Shown piece by piece: positions 20,176 through 31,355 of a stretch of 64,000 nucleotides of DNA. A program made the translations under genes and the position numbers. Within the stretch, counting starts at the first letter, position 1, and each line of letters opens with the position of its first letter. The notes below the pieces were generated by a model, which made no database searches, was not told the DNA's origin, and worked only from the letters and a program-made list of their open reading frames with translations. The stretch spans positions 4,224,001-4,288,000 of the forward strand of contig OY761158.1 in the NCBI GenBank assembly GCA_963664405.1. Reading direction: 5' to 3'. The stretch is from Thermoanaerobaculia bacterium (lineage in GTDB: Bacteria > Acidobacteriota > Thermoanaerobaculia > Multivoradales > Multivoraceae).

Positions 20176-21158
20176 TGAAGAGCTTTGAGTATGCGAGCCC
20201 GACGACCCGCGAAGAAGCCGTTCAGCTGCTTGCTGAAGAAGGTGTGGAGACGGCCGCACTCGCCGGTGGTACCGACCTCTTCAGTCTGATGAAAGACGGC
20301 GTGGAGTCGCCAGGTCGGTTGGTGAACATCAAGGCCGTCGAAGGCCTGGGGGGCGTAGAGCGCCTAGAGGACGGTGGACTTTGCATCGGTGCGCTGGTCA
20401 CCCTCGATGAGCTCATCGCCAACGAGCACATTCGTTCTGCCTACCCTTCGCTGGTTCAAGCCGGCGAGGGCGTACGAAGCCCTCAGCTTCGTGCCATGGG
20501 GACCGTCGGAGGAGATCTCCTGCAGCGACCCCGTTGCTGGTATTACCGCGGCGGCTTCGGTCTGCTGGCGCAGAACGATGGACGTTCGAGAGTGGTAGAC
20601 GGGGACAATCGTTACCACGCCATTCTGGGCACCAAGGGGCCGGCCTACTTCGTCAACCCGTCGAGCCTGGCTCCGGCCCTAGTCGCTCTTGGCGCCCGCA
20701 TTCATCTTCACGGTCGGGACGGGGAGCGCGGAGTGGATCTCGGAAGCTTCTACCGCGCGCCGGTGCGCGAGAGTGAGCGAGAGTACGATCTTGCCCGGGC
20801 GGAGATCCTCACCGAGGTGGTGGTGCCCGCGGCCGCGACGAGCAACGCCTGCTACGAAGTGCGGCAGAAAGAGGCCCTCGATTGGCCGCTCGCCGCCGCC
20901 GCCGTCTCGTTGCAGATGGAGGCAGGCCGGGTGATCAAGGCAAGCGTCGTTCTGGGGCATGTCGCGCCCACGCCCTACGCTTCCAAGGCCGCGGCCGCCG
21001 CTCTCGAGGGCGGAGAGATCACGGCTCAGCGGGCTGAAGAGGCCGGCGTCGCGGCGGTCGACGGCGCGCTTGCGCTGAGCAGGAACGGATACAAGGTCCA
21101 GCTGGCGAAGGTGGCGACCAAGCGAGCCATCTTGCGCGCAGCGGGACTGGAGGTTTGA
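20175..21158 (+). CDS. Xanthine dehydrogenase-family FAD-binding subunit (PaoB/YagS-like)
   Basis: LAGGTDL, GTVGGDL, QRPRCWYYR, NGYKV. Confidence 0.92.
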   Translation: MKSFEYASPTTREEAVQLLAEEGVETAALAGGTDLFSLMKDGVESPGRLVNIKAVEGLGGVERLEDGGLCIGALVTLDELIANEHIRSAYPSLVQAGEGVRSPQLRAMGTVGGDLLQRPRCWYYRGGFGLLAQNDGRSRVVDGDNRYHAILGTKGPAYFVNPSSLAPALVALGARIHLHGRDGERGVDLGSFYRAPVRESEREYDLARAEILTEVVVPAAATSNACYEVRQKEALDWPLAAAAVSLQMEAGRVIKASVVLGHVAPTPYASKAAAAALEGGEITAQRAEEAGVAAVDGALALSRNGYKVQLAKVATKRAILRAAGLEV

Positions 21159-21160
21159 CT

Positions 21161-21376
21161 ATGGTGCTCGATATCGTGCAGCCGCAGAGATTTTGCCGTC
21201 GCCTACGCTCCAAGGGCATGTTCATTGAGGTCGAGAGCGGCGTCGAAGAGGCCAGACTGCCTTCGATGAGCGACGGTTTTGTGTGGTGCACTCATACTCA
21301 GAATTGCCTGGGTCCAGACGGCCGAGTGGCTTCGCGTGAAGTCTGCTTGCCGGACCGCCAGTGTTTCGAGTTATAG
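21161..21376 (+). CDS. Small cysteine-rich hypothetical protein
   Basis: GGAGG SD 7 nt before ATG; 5 Cys and a LGPDG motif; tight operon spacing. Confidence 0.7.
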   Translation: MVLDIVQPQRFCRRLRSKGMFIEVESGVEEARLPSMSDGFVWCTHTQNCLGPDGRVASREVCLPDRQCFEL

Positions 21377-21391
21377 AGTAGGGGTGTCGAT

Positions 21392-22063
21392 ATGAAGAAT
21401 CTCTTCCTTTCCCTCGGTATTTTGCTGCTCGCGCTTCCGCTCGCTGGGCGCGACTTGAGCTCAGGAGAGTCGCTGGTGGGCGACTACCTGGAAGCGCGGA
21501 CCGCCGAAGTTTTCGTAGGTCATTGTCTGGCGAACTCAGAGGTCTCGTTGGCGGGGCAGGAGGCGGTCCTGGCCCTGCGAGTGAGAGAAGGCGGTTGGAA
21601 CGGCGTGCCCCTCGCGGGGCTGAGCGTGGTCGCCGTCGTGCAAGGCGACCAGACTCTTGGCGATCTCGAGGCGGATCCCGTTTCAGCGCGCGGTGTGTTG
21701 ATTGTCGATAGCAACGCCTCGCCAGAGCAGCACGAGGCCCTGGTGGAGCTAGCGCGTTCGATGGCTGGAACCCTACTCGAAGAAGTGGTGGCCGTCGAAA
21801 GCGCATCGATCGAGGTCGAGCTCGACCCCGAGATCGGACTTCGAAGAGTGCGTGCCGGGGAGCTTGCGGCGCTCGAGGTGCGAGAGCGTCACCACCACGA
21901 CGGCCTTTGCGGCAATGAAGGCGTCTATTACCCTCCTCTCGTCGATCTCGCCCACGCTCGCCCGACCTACACCCTGACCCATGAGTACTCGGGCAAGGGG
22001 CTGACGGGCACCTGGAAGAGCCCTGAGAAGTCGAGCTCCTGGGTGGGTACTTTCATCCGCTGA
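21392..22063 (+). CDS. Exported DUF1326-like protein
   Basis: Signal peptide; GDYLEART...HCLANSE, G-x-W-x-G-V-x-L-x-GL and LCGNE patterns. Confidence 0.7.
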   Translation: MKNLFLSLGILLLALPLAGRDLSSGESLVGDYLEARTAEVFVGHCLANSEVSLAGQEAVLALRVREGGWNGVPLAGLSVVAVVQGDQTLGDLEADPVSARGVLIVDSNASPEQHEALVELARSMAGTLLEEVVAVESASIEVELDPEIGLRRVRAGELAALEVRERHHHDGLCGNEGVYYPPLVDLAHARPTYTLTHEYSGKGLTGTWKSPEKSSSWVGTFIR

Positions 22064-22710
22064 TGCCCCGCTGGATTTGTTCGCTTAGCTCGGCCCTTCT
22101 CTGCTTAGCCCCGCCGGCTTCGGGAGAAGCGATCCTCGAGACACTCGACGCCTTCCCTCCGGGCTTGGCGGAGTCCGTGCAGGAGGTGCTCGGAGAAGTC
22201 GGCTATCGGGTGGTGGACGGCGATCGGGTCCTCGGCGAGTTCTGGCTACGCAAATCGCTGCCGCTCGAGGGGATAAATGAGGGAGCGCTTGGCATCGAGT
22301 TCGGCCGGGTAACGGCGAGCGCCCTGGTCGGCGTAGTGCACTTTCCCGAGGGCTGGATCGACTACCGGGATACCGATCTGGACCCCGGTGTCTACACTCT
22401 GCGCTACTGGATCCAGCCTGCCGACGGAGACCATATGGGAGTGTCGGAGTACCGCGACTTCCTGCTGATGAATCCCGCCGATCAGGACACGGAGCCGGGG
22501 GCCGTCTTCGAGAAAGAGCCCCTGCTGGAGCTGAGTCAAGAAGCTTCCGGCCGAGTCCACCCGGCGGTACTGGCTGTGTTCCCTATCTATGACGAGCTTT
22601 CGGATGCCGCGCAGCTGATGATGAACGATCTCGATCAGCTCACTCTAGCGGTGTCGATTGGTGACGCGGCGCTCGGGCTCGTCGTCGAAGGTTTCGGCGA
22701 CATTCAGTGA
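22063..22710 (+). CDS. Exported hypothetical protein
   Basis: Signal-like N-terminus; TGATG coupling; DYR...PGVYTLRY...QPADGDHMG. Confidence 0.7.
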   Translation: MPRWICSLSSALLCLAPPASGEAILETLDAFPPGLAESVQEVLGEVGYRVVDGDRVLGEFWLRKSLPLEGINEGALGIEFGRVTASALVGVVHFPEGWIDYRDTDLDPGVYTLRYWIQPADGDHMGVSEYRDFLLMNPADQDTEPGAVFEKEPLLELSQEASGRVHPAVLAVFPIYDELSDAAQLMMNDLDQLTLAVSIGDAALGLVVEGFGDIQ

Positions 22711-22741
22711 TCGCCGCTTCGGGGACGCCGGGGGACCGTCG

Positions 22742-23416
22742 CTAGAAAAGGCTCTGCTGAACGGGCTCATCAGCTACACGCTCCAGGCAGGCAGGGTCGT
22801 CGAAGCGAGTACTGTTGATCCGACTCGAGACCGGGATCCTCTCCATTCGTTCGGCGGCCAGAGGCTCAGCGAGGCGGTGGAGCTCGTCGGCGTCGAGTGC
22901 CTGCGGCTCGAGCCAACGATCGAAGTCGCGACGATCCAGGATCATCGGCATCCGGTCGTGAAGATCGGCGACGAGTTGATTCGGCGAGGTGGTGAGGATG
23001 ACCATCGACTCGACCGCTTTGCCGTCGCCGTTTGGCCACAGACTCCATAGACCGGCCATCGCCAGAAGCTCCGAGTCTCTGCTACGGAAATGGTAGGCGG
23101 CTCTGGCGCGTCCCTCGTGTCGCCACTCGATGAAGCCGGTTGCCGGCACCAGGCAGCGGCGAGAGCGCAGGCTGTCGCGGAAGGAGGCCTTGGTGGCGGC
23201 GGTCTCAGAGCGAGCATTGATGACGACTCGCGCACCGCGCTGGCCAAAGCCCCAGGAGACGAAGGGGCACTCCCGCCCTCTCTCTCCGTGGCGGACGATG
23301 GCCACGTCTTGGGCCGGAGCGATGTTGTAGCGCTCGCTCAGAACCGGTGTCTCGGAGAGATCGAACTCTTCGGCCACTGCCCTTCCGTTGCTGGTCAAAG
23401 TGTAGCGCCCACACAT
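22742..23416 (-). CDS. SOS response-associated peptidase (SRAP/YedK/HMCES family), abasic-site crosslinking protein
   Basis: N-terminal MCGRY, RYNIAP, INARSET, RRCLVPA, HDRMP. Confidence 0.95.
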   Translation of the reverse strand: MCGRYTLTSNGRAVAEEFDLSETPVLSERYNIAPAQDVAIVRHGERGRECPFVSWGFGQRGARVVINARSETAATKASFRDSLRSRRCLVPATGFIEWRHEGRARAAYHFRSRDSELLAMAGLWSLWPNGDGKAVESMVILTTSPNQLVADLHDRMPMILDRRDFDRWLEPQALDADELHRLAEPLAAERMERIPVSSRINSTRFDDPACLERVADEPVQQSLF

Positions 23417-23496
23417 CCTCAGGTCTCCGAAACGGCTCTGGATAACCGCCGGGTTACGTTGCCCCTACACCTCTGCGCTGCTATGGTCCCGACCTC

Positions 23497-23835
23497 ATGA
23501 TCGTCGAAAAACGTCGCATCGATGGGCTTACCCTCCTTCAAGTCGAAGGCGTCATCAAGCTTGGCGAAAGTGCTCGCTTCTTTGCCGACACCTTGAAGCG
23601 GGTGTTGGCGGAGGAAGGTGGCCACGTTCTTATCGATCTCTCCAAGATCAACTATATCGACTCGACCGGGATCGGTGAGCTGGTCGGCTATCTAGGTCGC
23701 TTCCAGGAGGTCAAGAGAAAGTTGATCCTGGTCGAGCCCTCGGACCACATCCGCAAACTATTGCGAGTGGCCCATCTCGACGAGCTCTTCCCGATCTACG
23801 ACCTCCTGAAAGACGCTGTCGAAGGGGAGAGCTGA
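23497..23835 (+). CDS. STAS-domain anti-sigma factor antagonist
   Basis: IDLSKINYIDSTGIG phosphorylation motif; 112 aa. Confidence 0.9.
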   Translation: MIVEKRRIDGLTLLQVEGVIKLGESARFFADTLKRVLAEEGGHVLIDLSKINYIDSTGIGELVGYLGRFQEVKRKLILVEPSDHIRKLLRVAHLDELFPIYDLLKDAVEGES

Positions 23836-23842
23836 TTCCTCA

Positions 23843-24688
23843 GTGGTGACCAGGATCCGCATCGCCCACAGCCCCGACTCGGACGACGCCTTCATGTTCT
23901 ACGCCTTGAGCGAGGGGCTCTTGGACTCCGCGGGCTTGGAGATCAGCTGGATTCATCGGGACCTGGAGACTCTCAACCAGGCTGCCATGGCTGCAGCCTA
24001 CGAGATCACGGCGCTCTCTTTTCATGCCTGGGCCCGGCTCTCGAAGCGCTACCGCCTGATGCCCTGTGGGGCCAGTTTCGGTGACGGCTACGGCCCGGTG
24101 GTGGTGGCGCGACAGAGTCTCGACCGAGAAGATCTCGCGGGTCGGGAGGTCGCGATTCCTGGAGAGCTCACGACCGCCCATTTGGTCCTGCGCTTGTGGC
24201 AGCCCGAGGTCGAGACGCGGGTGGTGCCTTTCGAGAAGATTCTCGAGCTAGTCGCGACTGGAGAGGCCCTTGCCGGAGTCGTAATTCATGAAGGTGCGCT
24301 CACATTCGGCGACGCGGGGCTCGCCCGTGTGGTCGATCTCGGAGCCTGGTGGAAAGAAGAGACCGGCGGTCCACTGCCGTTGGGCTGTAATGCCATTCGG
24401 CGTGACCTGGACCCTGCTCTCCAGCTGCGGCTGAGCCGACTCCTGCGTGAGAGCATTGACTACGCGCTCGACCATCCGAAGGAAGCTCTGGGCTACGCCA
24501 GAAGGTTTGCGAGAGGGTTGGAAGAGGATCCCGATCAAGCGGACCGTTTCGTCGGGATGTACGTCAACCAATGGAGTCGGAGCTTCGGCGAAGCGGGCCG
24601 GAATGCGGTGCAGGATCTTGTCGATCGAGGCTTCGAATCGGGAGTGTTGCCGGAACGAGTAGAGACGGATTTCGTCGAGCTTCCGTGA
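23843..24688 (+). CDS. mqnD: 1,4-dihydroxy-6-naphthoate synthase (futalosine menaquinone pathway)
   Basis: AHSPDSDDAFMFY, GYGP, PGELTTA, IHEG, DLG-W, PLPLG, MYVN. Confidence 0.88.
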   Translation: MVTRIRIAHSPDSDDAFMFYALSEGLLDSAGLEISWIHRDLETLNQAAMAAAYEITALSFHAWARLSKRYRLMPCGASFGDGYGPVVVARQSLDREDLAGREVAIPGELTTAHLVLRLWQPEVETRVVPFEKILELVATGEALAGVVIHEGALTFGDAGLARVVDLGAWWKEETGGPLPLGCNAIRRDLDPALQLRLSRLLRESIDYALDHPKEALGYARRFARGLEEDPDQADRFVGMYVNQWSRSFGEAGRNAVQDLVDRGFESGVLPERVETDFVELP

Positions 24689-24764
24689 TACGCTTCGTCG
24701 GCTTTTTGAGAGTCCTTTCTAGACGTCTTCGAACGACTCAAAACTGCAGAAAGAGGGGCCTTTT

Positions 24765-26012
24765 GTGAGTGTGCAAGGAAAGATAACTCCGCCTGCGGAC
24801 GGGCAGGAAATCGGTTTTGAAGACGGTGAGCTGCTCGTACCCGATCGGCCGATCCTTCCATTCATCGAGGGCGACGGCATCGGTCCCGACATCTGGCGGG
24901 CGTCGCAGTTGGTCTTCGATGCGGCGGTCGAGAAGACCTACGGTGGCTCTCGCTCGATCGCATGGATGGAGGTGCTCGCCGGAGAAAAGGCGAAGAGCGG
25001 AACCGGAGAGTGGCTTCCCGAAGAGACGGTGGATGCGGTGCGCCAGTACCGGGTTGCGATCAAGGGCCCGCTGACGACACCCGTTGGCGGAGGTATTCGC
25101 AGTCTCAATGTAGCTCTGCGCCAGATCCTGGACCTCTACGCTTGTGTTCGTCCGGTGCGCTGGTATCAAGGTGTGCCCTCGCCGGTGAAGCGCCCGGACA
25201 AGGTAGACATCGTTATCTTTCGCGAGAATACCGAGGACGTCTACGCGGGTATCGAGTGGGAGAGCGGCTCGCCGGAAGTGCAGCGGCTGATCCGCTTCCT
25301 ATCGGAGGAGTTCGGTTCCCGTATTCGCGAGGACAGCGGGATCGGAATCAAGCCGGTCTCGGCACACTCGAGTAAGCGCTTGGTGCGCAAGGCGATCCAG
25401 TACGCGATCGCTCAAGGTCGCGAAAGCGTGACCTTGATGCACAAGGGAAACATCATGAAGTACACCGAGGGCGCTTTCAAAGAGTGGGGTTACGAGCTTG
25501 CTGCTGAGGAGTTCCCGTCCGAGACGATCTCCGAAGATGCCCTCTGGGACCAGCACGACGGCAAGCTGCCTGACGGGCAGGTACTGATCAAAGATCGTAT
25601 CTCGGACTCGATGTTCCAACAGATTCTGCTTCGCCCCGAAGAATACGATCTCATCGCTACTACGAACCTGAACGGGGACTACATTTCGGATGCTCTCGCC
25701 GCCCAGGTCGGCGGCCTTGGGCTCGCTCCCGGCGCCAACGAGGGCGATGGCATCGCACTCTTCGAGGCCACCCACGGCACCGCGCCGAAGTACGCCGGGC
25801 AAGACAAGGTGAACCCTTCTTCGGTGATCCTGTCGGGCGTGATGATGTTCAAATGGATGGGTTGGGGCGAGGCCGGTGAGAATATCGAGCGAGCCATCGC
25901 TCGGGCGATCGAACAGAAGCGGGTCACTTACGACCTCGAGCGTCAGATGGAAGGTGCCACCTTGTTGAAGACCTCGGAGTTCGGTCAGGCCCTGGTCGAG
26001 AATCTCGACTAA
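24765..26012 (+). CDS. icd: NADP-dependent isocitrate dehydrogenase
   Basis: [43 protein letters not shown]. Confidence 0.97.
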   Translation: MSVQGKITPPADGQEIGFEDGELLVPDRPILPFIEGDGIGPDIWRASQLVFDAAVEKTYGGSRSIAWMEVLAGEKAKSGTGEWLPEETVDAVRQYRVAIKGPLTTPVGGGIRSLNVALRQILDLYACVRPVRWYQGVPSPVKRPDKVDIVIFRENTEDVYAGIEWESGSPEVQRLIRFLSEEFGSRIREDSGIGIKPVSAHSSKRLVRKAIQYAIAQGRESVTLMHKGNIMKYTEGAFKEWGYELAAEEFPSETISEDALWDQHDGKLPDGQVLIKDRISDSMFQQILLRPEEYDLIATTNLNGDYISDALAAQVGGLGLAPGANEGDGIALFEATHGTAPKYAGQDKVNPSSVILSGVMMFKWMGWGEAGENIERAIARAIEQKRVTYDLERQMEGATLLKTSEFGQALVENLD

Positions 26013-26061
26013 GACGCCTCTGGCTCGAGCCTGCCACCATTCACCACGGAGGCCATAAAGC

Positions 26062-27248
<1,187 letters not shown>

Positions 27249-27249
<1 letters not shown>

Positions 27250-28121
27250 TGGCTGTTCTGGTTACTGCCGAGACCCGGCTTCTGGTGCAGGGGATTACCG
27301 GCAAAGAGGGCCTCTTTCACGCGCAGGGGTGCCGTGACTATGGAACCGAAGTGGTTGGAGGGGTGACGCCGGGGAAAGGTGGCAGCACGGTCGAGGGCTT
27401 CGCGGTCTTTGACTCGGTCGAAGAGTGCCGCCGCTCCACCGGAGCGAATACCTCGCTGATCTTTGTGCCTCCGCCCTTCGCCGCAGACGCGATCATGGAG
27501 GCTGCCGGTGCCGGCATCGAGCTCATCGTCTGCATTACCGAGGGCATTCCCGTGCGCGACATGCTCAAGGTGAAGGCATTCTTGAAGGAGCACCCTTCTC
27601 GGCTGATCGGTCCCAACTGCCCGGGGGTGATCTCCCCGGGAATCGGCAAGGTCGGCATCATGCCTGGCCACATTCATCTGCCGGGAGGAGTTGGAGTCGT
27701 GAGCCGCTCCGGGACTTTGACCTATGAAGCCGTGTGGCAGCTCTCCGCTCTGGGCCTCGGGCAGTCGACCTGTATCGGCATCGGTGGCGATCCGATCAGC
27801 GGGACTTCTTTCCTCGACGCCATGGAGACTTTCAAGAGTGATTCAGCCACCGAGGCTGTGGTCCTCATCGGCGAGATCGGTGGCAGTGCCGAAGAAGAGG
27901 CTGCCGAATGGATCAAACGGAACTTCGACCGCCCCGTGGTCGGTTTCATCGCCGGCCGCACCGCACCGCCTGGTCGACGCATGGGTCATGCCGGCGCGAT
28001 CGTGGCGGGAGGCAAGGGTACGGCACAGGACAAGATGGCGGCGCTTGTCGCCGCCGGCATCGAGGTAGCTGAGTCGCCTGCCGATATCGGTGCGGCGATG
28101 GCCCGAGCCTTGAGTCGCTGA
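27249..28121 (+). CDS. sucD: Succinyl-CoA synthetase alpha subunit
   Basis: [27 protein letters not shown]. Confidence 0.97.
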
Positions 28122-28130
28122 GGAGATTTG

Positions 28131-28553
28131 ATGGAAACCACACTGACCATGGTCAAACCCGATGCCGTTCGCGCCCGCAACGCCGGCAAGATCTTGGCCC
28201 TTCTCGAAGAGAAAGGCTTTGTCGTGCTAGGCCTTCGGCAGTTGCGACTGAGTGAGACCCAAGCACGGGCCTTCTACGAAGTGCACAAAGAGCGCCCCTT
28301 TTTCGGTGAGCTCGTCGAGTTCATGACCAGTGGTCCCGTGGTCGTGGCAGCATTGGAGCGCGAGAACGCGGTTCTCGAGCTGCGCCAAGTGATGGGCGCT
28401 ACCAACTCCCTGGAGGCGGCGGCGGGAACGGTTCGCTCTCTCTATGGCACCGACGTTCAGGAGAATGCCATTCACGGCAGCGACTCTGAGGAGAATGCCG
28501 CCAAGGAGCTCGCCTTCTTTTTTTCTCGGAGCGAGCTGATCGCGGCGCAGTAG
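28131..28553 (+). CDS. ndk: Nucleoside diphosphate kinase
   Basis: KPDAV, HKERPFF, MTSGP, NAIHGSDS. Confidence 0.97.
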   Translation: METTLTMVKPDAVRARNAGKILALLEEKGFVVLGLRQLRLSETQARAFYEVHKERPFFGELVEFMTSGPVVVAALERENAVLELRQVMGATNSLEAAAGTVRSLYGTDVQENAIHGSDSEENAAKELAFFFSRSELIAAQ

Positions 28554-28582
28554 CGGATGGTTATACAGTTGGCTTCAGATTC

Positions 28583-28789
28583 ATGAGAGCACGAACCATC
28601 CTCTCAGTCCTGCTTTTGGCGGTGATCTGGCTGACTGCCTGCGGGGCGCCTCCCCGGGAAGGTGCGAGCGAGAGCAAGAAGAGCGGTAGCTCTTTTGCGG
28701 TTGAGAATGTTTCTGTAGCTCCGCAGTTGGACGGGGGCGGAGCAAGGCCGACGCCGGTCCCGGCTCCTAGGCCTCCGAGCGCTGACTGA
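28583..28789 (+). CDS. Small putative lipoprotein or gene remnant
   Basis: Hydrophobic N-terminus ending in the lipobox LTAC; 3' end overlaps the ligD 3' end. Confidence 0.45.
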   Translation: MRARTILSVLLLAVIWLTACGAPPREGASESKKSGSSFAVENVSVAPQLDGGGARPTPVPAPRPPSAD

Positions 28790-31328
28790 GAGCCGCTAGG
28801 GCCGAGCCGAGGTCCGGTGTGATGTCGAGGATCCCTTTCCAGGGGTCCTTCTTCATGCGGCGGAGGCGCTGCGGTACTGAGCGGATGTTGTGACTCTCTA
28901 TTGTGAGGTCGGAGTTGACCTCGCTCCAACGTAGGGGGGTGGATACGGGGGCGCCCGGGAGGGGTCGCACACTAAAGGGTGCCACCAGTAGACGGCCGTG
29001 ACCGTTCTGGCCATAGTCGAGGTAGACCTTTCCTCGTCTTCGACCGATAACTCTCTCTGTGGTGGCGATCTCCGGACTCTCGTGTGCCACCACGCGGGCG
29101 ACCAGCTCTCCCAGGAGGCGCGACTGTTGGTAGGTGCACTGCCTACCGAGGGGTAGCAGGACGTGAATTCCGGTCGAGCCGCTGGTCTTGGCGAAGCAGG
29201 GTAGACCGATGTCGTCGCACAGTGCTCGCACTGCCAGTGCGACTTCGATCACATCGGTGAACGGCGCCTCCTTGGGGTCGAGATCGAGGATGCACCAATC
29301 CGGTTGCTGCAGGGTGGCGGTGCGGCTCGACCAAATGTGGAGTGGAATCGCGCCCAGATTGGCGATGAAGATCAGAGACTCGACATCTTCTCCGACGAAG
29401 TACTCGATGTCTCGCTCGGAGTGTTCACTGTAGATCGCCTCGGTGCGAATCCATTCTGGGGCAAACTCCGGGGCGTTCTTCTGAAAGAAAGACTTGCCCT
29501 CGATACCGTCGGGGTAGCGAGTCAGCACCAGTGGACGGTCGTCGAGGAAGGGGAGAATCGCGGGTGCTGCCGCGCGGTAGAAGTCGATCAGGTCGCCCTT
29601 GGTGTAACCCTCGTCCGGCCAGAAGACTTTGTCGAGGTTGGTGAGATGAAGAGTCTTCGTGTCGTCCTCAACGACGAGTGCGGCGGCTGGTTCGGCCGCT
29701 GGGTGGATGCCGCGGCGCTCGGGAGCGACGCACTCTTCGGGTGTCTTGTCGGGTCGCAGTCCCAAGAAGGCCGGTTGTCGAAGCAACCCCTCTTCTGTCC
29801 ACTCCTTGTATCGGACCTCGCAAACCAGCTCGGGCTCGGTCCAGACCTGCCCCCTCGAAGTGGGCACTGGGCCGGTGCAGGGAGGCGACGGTCGCTGGTG
29901 TGCGGAGATCTGATCGTGAAGCGAGCCCAGCTGCGCTTCGCTGAAGCCGGTACCGACCCTGCCCGCGTAGATCAGTTCCCCCCCGTCGCCGGCCTCAGGG
30001 CTCCAGGCGGCGAGGTGGAGGGCGCCGAAGCCGGTTCGCCCTCTGCGGGGCGGGCTCATGCCGACGATGACGAAGTCGTCTCGGCGGTCGACGCGTATCT
30101 TCAGCCAAGAGGAAGAGCGCTCGGGGCGGTAGGTCGAGTCCACTTTCTTGGCAACGATCCCTTCCAGGCCCATCCCACTCACCGCCTGGTAGAAGTCCTC
30201 ACCGCGCTCGAGGATGTGATCGCAGTAGCGAAGGGGGCCGCTCGGTGGCATCAAGCGGCGGAGAAGCTGCTTGCGCTGGTGGAGCGGCAACGAGCGCAGG
30301 TCGAAGTGATCGAAGGCGAGCAGGTCGAATGCGAAGAGAGTCGCCGGTAGCCGAACCGCGGCGCGTTGGATGTCCATGGCGCGACTGAGGTGGGTGCGTT
30401 TCTGGAGCAGCTGGAAGCTGGATCGCGATTCCTGGTCCAGGACTACGACTTCGCCGTCGAGAACGAGGGAGCTCGCCGGAAGCGCGGCAACGGCCCTGGC
30501 TATGTCGGGAAAGATTCGAGTCGCATCGGCGCCGCGGCGATAGAAGAGGCGAGAGCCGCTCCCTTCCTTGGTGGCGAGGAGGCGATAGCCGTCGTGTTTG
30601 AGCTCGAAGAGCCAATCCTTGTCGCTGAAGGGCTGCTCTGCGATAGTGGCGAGCATGACGCGCTGCTTTTCCGGATCGACCTTGCGCCTGGGAGCCTCGA
30701 TCTCCTCGAGCTTTTCGCTGAGCTGGTGCGAGCGGTGGCCGCCTTCGCGAAGCTCTTCAACGGTCAGCCCAGAGTAGATCGAGTGCTCGGGAGGGTCGGC
30801 GTCGTCTGAATCGCGCGCCCAGCGGTCGGGCTTTTTGACTAACAGCCATTCGTTACCGCCGGTCTTACGCTGGGTCTTGAACAGTGTCCAGACTCCCCGA
30901 AGCTTGTAGCCGCGCAGCTCGAATAGGAGCTTGCCCTGGTCGAGGCCGACCTTGTCGCCTTCGATCGGCACCCAGGTACCCTTGTCCCAGACGATCATTG
31001 CACCGGCGCCGTAGTTGCCGTCGGGAATCACCCCTTCGTAATCCTGATACTCGATGGGATGGTCCTCGGTTTGGATCGCCAGTCTCTTCTCGGTGGGATC
31101 GAAGGACGGCCCCTTCGGCACCGCCCACGACTTGAGAACACCGTCCATCTCCAGTCTCAGGTCATAGTGAAGGCGGCTGGCGGCGTGTTTCTGGACTACG
31201 AAGACGCCAGACAGCGCCGGGTTGAGCCGGCCGAAGGGCTCAGGGCTGCGGTCGGTGGATCGCTTGGCGCGATACTCGTCCAGGGCGCCCCGGGGCGGTT
31301 TCTCAGAGCCAGTGGGAGGGGAGGACAT
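28767..31328 (-). CDS. ligD: NHEJ DNA ligase D (phosphoesterase-ligase-polymerase order)
   Basis: PE domain QKHAASRLHYDLRLE; ligase ELKHDGYR, EGIVAK; POL domain DLDP, KTSGSTGIH. Confidence 0.96.
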   Translation of the reverse strand: MSSPPTGSEKPPRGALDEYRAKRSTDRSPEPFGRLNPALSGVFVVQKHAASRLHYDLRLEMDGVLKSWAVPKGPSFDPTEKRLAIQTEDHPIEYQDYEGVIPDGNYGAGAMIVWDKGTWVPIEGDKVGLDQGKLLFELRGYKLRGVWTLFKTQRKTGGNEWLLVKKPDRWARDSDDADPPEHSIYSGLTVEELREGGHRSHQLSEKLEEIEAPRRKVDPEKQRVMLATIAEQPFSDKDWLFELKHDGYRLLATKEGSGSRLFYRRGADATRIFPDIARAVAALPASSLVLDGEVVVLDQESRSSFQLLQKRTHLSRAMDIQRAAVRLPATLFAFDLLAFDHFDLRSLPLHQRKQLLRRLMPPSGPLRYCDHILERGEDFYQAVSGMGLEGIVAKKVDSTYRPERSSSWLKIRVDRRDDFVIVGMSPPRRGRTGFGALHLAAWSPEAGDGGELIYAGRVGTGFSEAQLGSLHDQISAHQRPSPPCTGPVPTSRGQVWTEPELVCEVRYKEWTEEGLLRQPAFLGLRPDKTPEECVAPERRGIHPAAEPAAALVVEDDTKTLHLTNLDKVFWPDEGYTKGDLIDFYRAAAPAILPFLDDRPLVLTRYPDGIEGKSFFQKNAPEFAPEWIRTEAIYSEHSERDIEYFVGEDVESLIFIANLGAIPLHIWSSRTATLQQPDWCILDLDPKEAPFTDVIEVALAVRALCDDIGLPCFAKTSGSTGIHVLLPLGRQCTYQQSRLLGELVARVVAHESPEIATTERVIGRRRGKVYLDYGQNGHGRLLVAPFSVRPLPGAPVSTPLRWSEVNSDLTIESHNIRSVPQRLRRMKKDPWKGILDITPDLGSALAALSQRSEA

Positions 31329-31355
31329 ATCTGTCGGATGCTATGATACGTCCAC

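Noticed and set aside
18832-20259. 475 aa antisense ORF, and similar long shadow ORFs (10952-12085, 29304-30350, 49051-50097, 52284-53285)
   Set aside because: They lie opposite well-supported genes, are expected at high GC, and show no recognisable motifs.
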